Positions 58,960 to 64,000 of a stretch of DNA of 64,000 bases are shown here, one piece after another. The translations under genes were made by a program, and so were the position numbers. The stretch is taken from NCBI GenBank assembly GCA_030390025.1, contig CM059432.1:17052001-17116000 (forward strand), written 5' to 3'. The DNA is from Squalus acanthias (taxonomy: Eukaryota). A model generated the notes under the pieces. It had not been told where the DNA came from and did no database searches. It was given only the letters and a program-made list of their open reading frames with translations. Every line of letters starts with the position of its first letter. The stretch's first letter is position 1.

Positions 58960-59790
58960 CCCTTTCTATTTTCTATGGTATGCTTGGGACCTCTTGTTTA
59001 ATATTTTCATAAATGATCTGGAGTTAGCAGTCACAAGCACAGTGGCCAATTATGATACAAAGCTCATGAAGGTGGTGGACTGCAAAGCTGAACAGGATAA
59101 GCTGCAGGATTTGAATATACTTGGGAATTGGGCAGACAGGTGGCAGATGTAATTCAATGTAGAGAAATGCGAAATGCTTCACATGGGGACAAAAAAAATC
59201 CAGGAAGGGACTATTACTTAAATGGAAGAAATTTTCATTGAAAATAAGAGATCTGGGGATCCCTATTGACAATAAATTGAAGTTATCACAATAATGCTTG
59301 GTGGCAGTGAGTAAAGCAAATCAAATGGGATGTATTAAAAGGTCACTATTGAGTCAAAATAGTAAGGTAATCCGGCCACTTTAGAAATCATTAGTGCTAA
59401 CTGCACTTAGAATTACAGTTCTGATCGCTGTAGTACAAAAAGGATCTTGCAGCTGTTGAAAACATACAGAAGAGGGCAGCCCGAATGATTGAAGGGATGG
59501 AAGGATTCGAGGAGTGATTTCCATAAATTAGGCATCTTCTCACTGGAAAAGAGAAGGTTGAGAGGTGATAGGATTCTAAAGGGACTAGATAATGTAGACC
59601 ATGACTAGCTATTTCACCTTGTCCAGAACAGTCGAACCAGGGTACGCGGTCTGCGTTTGAAGAGGGGGGTATATTCAAAACTAATCTGCAGCAATATTAT
59701 TTCGATGAGCGAGTGGTTACTTCTATGGAATAGGCTCCCCAGTGAGATGGTAGAAACAGATATAGTTTTGAAATCTCTAAATGATATAGC
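58960..59790 (+). mobile_element. Old decayed CR1 3' fragment
   Basis: LFNIFINDL, WADRWQM and LEKRRLRG remnants with many stops. Confidence 0.65.
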
Positions 59791-60367
59791 ATTCCTATTT
59801 TCACACACCCTCCTATCTTCTCAAAGTATTCTACCCTCTCATTTGGAATTGGCAGCCTTTGGCACATTATTATTTTAGTTCTTTTTCTGTTTGAAACCTC
59901 TAGCCATATTTATTCTATTTACTTTATTTTCCATGTGTCTCTAACATATAGATCTATGCCTCTTCCTTTTCAATCTATTCTATCTTTCCTACTCATTCTG
60001 TACCTTACTATGTCATATTCTTCTCCATCTGCCAGGGTAAGCCATATTTTGATTCCCTACTGCTACAATGGTCTTCATATATAAGTGACTTACTTTGATT
60101 TTTTTTTTCCTCCTTGTGTGTCCTCAGTGCCTGACTCCTGCTGGAGGCTGGATCCAGCGTTTCTCCCTGAGATAGTGAATTCCTTCCAGTTTATTGGCTA
60201 TCCTTCATCCCTGTATTGGTTTTGTATGGGATCCAGTTATCTCCCTGCCCTCCTCCATTTCAATCTCCCAAACCATCATCTATTTTAAAATTATTTTGCA
60301 GTGGTTGCTTCTATGTTCTCTGCTAACCTTGAGGTTCTTGCATTGTTGATGTGAAACCCATCTTTAC

Positions 60368-60645
60368 TACAACAACAACAACTTGTATTTATACAGCGCC
60401 TTTAACGTAGCAAAAGGTCCCAAGGCGCTTCACAGGAGCGTTATCAAACAAAATTTGACACCGGGCCACATGAGATATTAGGGCAGATGCGTCTTAAAGG
60501 AGGAAAGAGAGGTTTGGGAGGGATTTCGAGAGCTTCGGACCTCGGCAGCTGAAGGCACGGCTTCCAGTGGTGGAGCGATTAAAACCTGGGATGCTCAAGA
60601 GGCCAGAATTGGTGGAGTGCAGATATTGCGAGGGTTATAGGGCTA
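60368..60645 (-). mobile_element. L2 3' end fragment
   Basis: Reverse complement of ~26540-26860-like sequence with a (CAA)n tail on +. Confidence 0.72.
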
Positions 60646-61048
60646 GACTAAACTATTATCCTAACCTGAAAACAATCCCAGTTCGTTTTGAAAATGTCAT
60701 TAGTATTGTTGTAGCTGGTCAGCCATTTGTAGAGTTTCCGCTTCGGGCACAATCAGGAAATTATACCCAAAATGTGCTTGAAATTGTGCTGGTTAGGTTA
60801 CAATTCAAGTTTCTGCTAAAATTAATTTGCAGAATCACAAATGTAAAATCTTCAATGAGCCAGCACAATCGGGCAGTGCAATAGAACTTAATTGTTATTT
60901 TTCCTTTCCATTAAAAAGTATTCCTTGATATATTTAAGAGTGGTAACCTGGTGCAGTTCAATTAATACAGCTGAAAATGGGTTTATCACCAAAAAGAAAC
61001 ATTTTTAATGAGTGTCCAGTCCTCCACCTGTGAGTAACCTGATTTAAA

Positions 61049-64000
61049 ATCATAGAATCATAGAAGATAGGAGCAGGAGTAGGCCATTCGGCCCCTCTAG
61101 CCTGCTCCGCCATTCAATGCGATCATGGCTGATCACCCAAATTCAGTACCCTGTCCGTGCTTTCTCCCCATATCCCTTGATCCCTTTAGCCTTAAGAAAT
61201 ATATCTAACTCCTTCTTGAATCTATTTGATGAATTGGCCTCTGCTGCCTTCTGTGGCAGAGAATTCCACAGGTTCACCACTCTCTGGGTGAAGAAATTCC
61301 TCCTCATTTCTGTCCTAAATGGCTTACCCCTTATCCTTAGACTGTGACCCCTGGTTCTGGACTCCCCGACCATCGGGAACATCCTTCCTGCATCTAGTTT
61401 GTCCTGTCCTGTCCTGTCCTGTCCTGTCAGAATTTTATAAGTTTCAATGAGATCCCCTCTCATTCTTCTATACTCCAGCGAGTATAAGCCCAATCAACCC
61501 AATCTCTCTTCATACGTCATTCCTGCCATCCCAGGTATCAGCCTTGTGAATCTTCGCTGAACTCCTTCCATGGCAAGAACATCCTTCCTCAGATAAGGCG
61601 ACCAAAACTGCACACAGTACTCTAGGTGTGGTCTCACCAAGGCCCTGTACAACTGCAGCAAGACATCCTTGTTCCTGTACTCAAACCCTCTCGCTATGAA
61701 GGCCAACATACCATTTGCCTTCTTAACCGCCTGTTGCACCTGCATGCTTACCTTCAGCGACTGGTGCACAAGGACACCCAGGTCTCGTTGCACTTCCCCT
61801 TCTCCCAATCTATTGCCATTCAGATAATAATCTGCCTTTCTGTTTCTGACACCAAAGTGGATAACCTCGCATTTATCCACGTTATATTGCATCTGCCACG
61901 CTTCTGCCCAATCACCTAACCTGTCCAAATCATCCTGGAGTTTCTCGGCATCCTCCTCGCAGCACACACGCCCACCCAGTTTTGTCGTCTGCAAACTTGG
62001 AGATATTACATCTAGTTCCCTTGTCGAGATCATTAATATATATTGTGAATAGCTGGGGTCCAAGGACTGATCCCTGCGGTACCCCACTAGTCACTGCCTG
62101 CCACTCGGAAAAAGACCCGTTTATTGCAACTCTTTGCTTTCTGTCTGCCAACCAGTTCTCTATCCAAGTCAATACCTTGCCCCCAATCCCATGTGCCTTA
62201 ACTTTACAAGCTAATCTCTTATGCGGGACCTTATCAAAAGCCTTTTGGAAGTCCAAATACACCACATCCACTGGTTCTCCCTTATCTATTTTACCAGTTA
62301 CATCCTCAAAAAATTCCAGTAGATTAGTCAAGCATGATTTACCTTTTGTAAATCCATGTTGACTTTGTCCAATCCTGTCACTGTTTTTGAAGTGCTCAGC
62401 TATTACATCTTTTATAATGGACTCTAGCATTTCCCCCACTACCGATGTCAGGCTTACCGGTCTATAATTCCCCGTTTTCTCTCTACCACCCTTTTTGAAT
62501 AGTGGGGTAACATTAGCTACCATACATTCCATGGGTACTGGTCCAGATTCCATCGAATGTTGGAAGATGATCAGCAATGCATCTACTATTTCTAGGGCTA
62601 CTTCCTTAAGTACCCTAGGATGTAGATTATCAGGCCCTGGGGATTTATCGGCCTTCAATTTCCCTAACACCATTTCCCTACAAATACTGATTTCTTTCAG
62701 TTCCTCCCTTTCATCAGACCCTATGTTCCCCAACATCTCTGGGAGGTTATTTGTGTCTTCCTTTGTGAAGACAGAACCAAAATATGTATTTAATTGGTCT
62801 GACATTTCTTTGTTCCCCATTATAAGTTCCCCTGATTCTGACTGCAAGGGACCTATGCTTGATTTCACTAATCTTTTTCTCTTCACATATCTATAAAAGC
62901 TTTTACAGTCAGTTTTTATGTTCCCTGCAAGCTTACTCTCGTATTCTATTTTCCCCTTCTTAATTAATCCCTTTGTCCTCCTTTGTTGAATCTTAAGCTG
63001 CTCCCAATCCACAGGGTTACTGCTTTTTCTGGCCAATTTATATGCCCTCTCCTTGGATCTTATGCTGTCCCTAATTTCCCTTGTTAGCCATGGTTGAGTC
63101 ACCCTTTTTGTTTTATTCTTATGCCAAACTGGGATGAACAAATTCTGTAGTTCGTCCATGCGGTCTTTGAATGTTTGCCATTGCCTATCCACCGTCAACC
63201 CTTTGAGTGACATTCCCCAATCAATCCTACCCAACTCGCACCTCATACCATTGTAGTTTCCTTTATTTAAATTCAGGACCCTAGTCTCTGAGTCAACTAC
63301 TTCACTCTCCATCCTAATGAAGAATTCTATCATATTATGATCACTCCGACCCAAGGGGCCTCGCACAACAAGATTGCTAATTAATCCTTTCTCATTGCAT
63401 AATACCCAGTCTAAGATGGCCTGATCTCTGGTTGGTTCCTCGACATATTGGTCCAGGAAACCATCCCGTAAACACTCCAGGAATTCCTCCTCCATAGTAT
63501 TGTTACTAATTTGGTTAGCCCAATCTATATGTAGATTAAAGTCACCCATGATGACTGCTGTGCCCTTATTGCACGCTTCTCTAATTTCCCTTTTAATGCC
63601 ATCCCCAACCTCCACATTACTGTTTGGAGGTCTATATATCACTCCCACTAACGTTTTCTGCCCCTTGTTATTTCTCAGTTCAACCCATACAGATTCCACA
63701 TCATCAGAGCTAATATCCTTCCTTTCAATTGTGTTATCCCCTCTTTAACCAGCAATGCTACCCCACCTCCCTTTCCTTTTTGCCTATCTTTCCTGAATAT
63801 TGAGTACCCCTGGATATTAAGTTCCCAGCCTTGGCCACCCTGGAGCCATGTTTCTGTAATCCCAATCAAATCATATTCGTTTACCTCTATTTGCGCAGCT
63901 AATTCGTCCACCTTGTTCCGAATGCTCCTTGCATTAAGACACAAAGCCTTCAGGCTTGGTTTTTTTAACGCTCTTAGACCTATTAGAATTAGTATTTACT
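61049..64000 (-). mobile_element. CR1 LINE ORF2, nearly complete with few frameshifts; runs off the window
   Basis: ORFs 63675-63944, 61930-63699 (589 aa), 61494-62087 and 61143-61493; AATCATAG-repeat tail at ~61049. Confidence 0.95.

Noticed and set aside
61398..61428. (GTCCT)n run adding GQDRT-like residues to CR1 ORF2
   Set aside because: Simple slippage expansion in an already frameshifted copy.

Overview
Repeat-dense vertebrate genomic DNA, probably from a cartilaginous fish (inferred from the mix of CR1, Penelope and DeuSINE repeats). The only host gene is DENND3 on the + strand: a CpG-island/putative non-coding first exon at ~23.4-23.9 kb and three coding exons (50930-51013, 53022-53304, 57679-57794) encoding the N-terminal uDENN region. 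The rest is mostly nested transposable elements. (1) Upstream of the gene, a young + strand Tx1-clade retrotransposon with intact ORF1/ORF2 is inserted with a perfect 58-bp target-site duplication (TSD) that ends inside the hammerhead ribozyme motif of a Penelope-like element. A second full-length Tx1 sits antisense inside its 5'UTR. (2) Intron 1 holds a decayed Harbinger transposon containing a CR1 (itself carrying a TA-flanked MITE) and a single-ORF LINE. That LINE starts with a tRNA-like A/B-box head, is nearly free of TTTT on its sense strand, and has internally deleted SINE-like derivatives elsewhere in the window. (3) Many CR1, L2, Penelope, DeuSINE and MITE copies are also present. All calls were made by eye; repeat family names and many boundaries are approximate.
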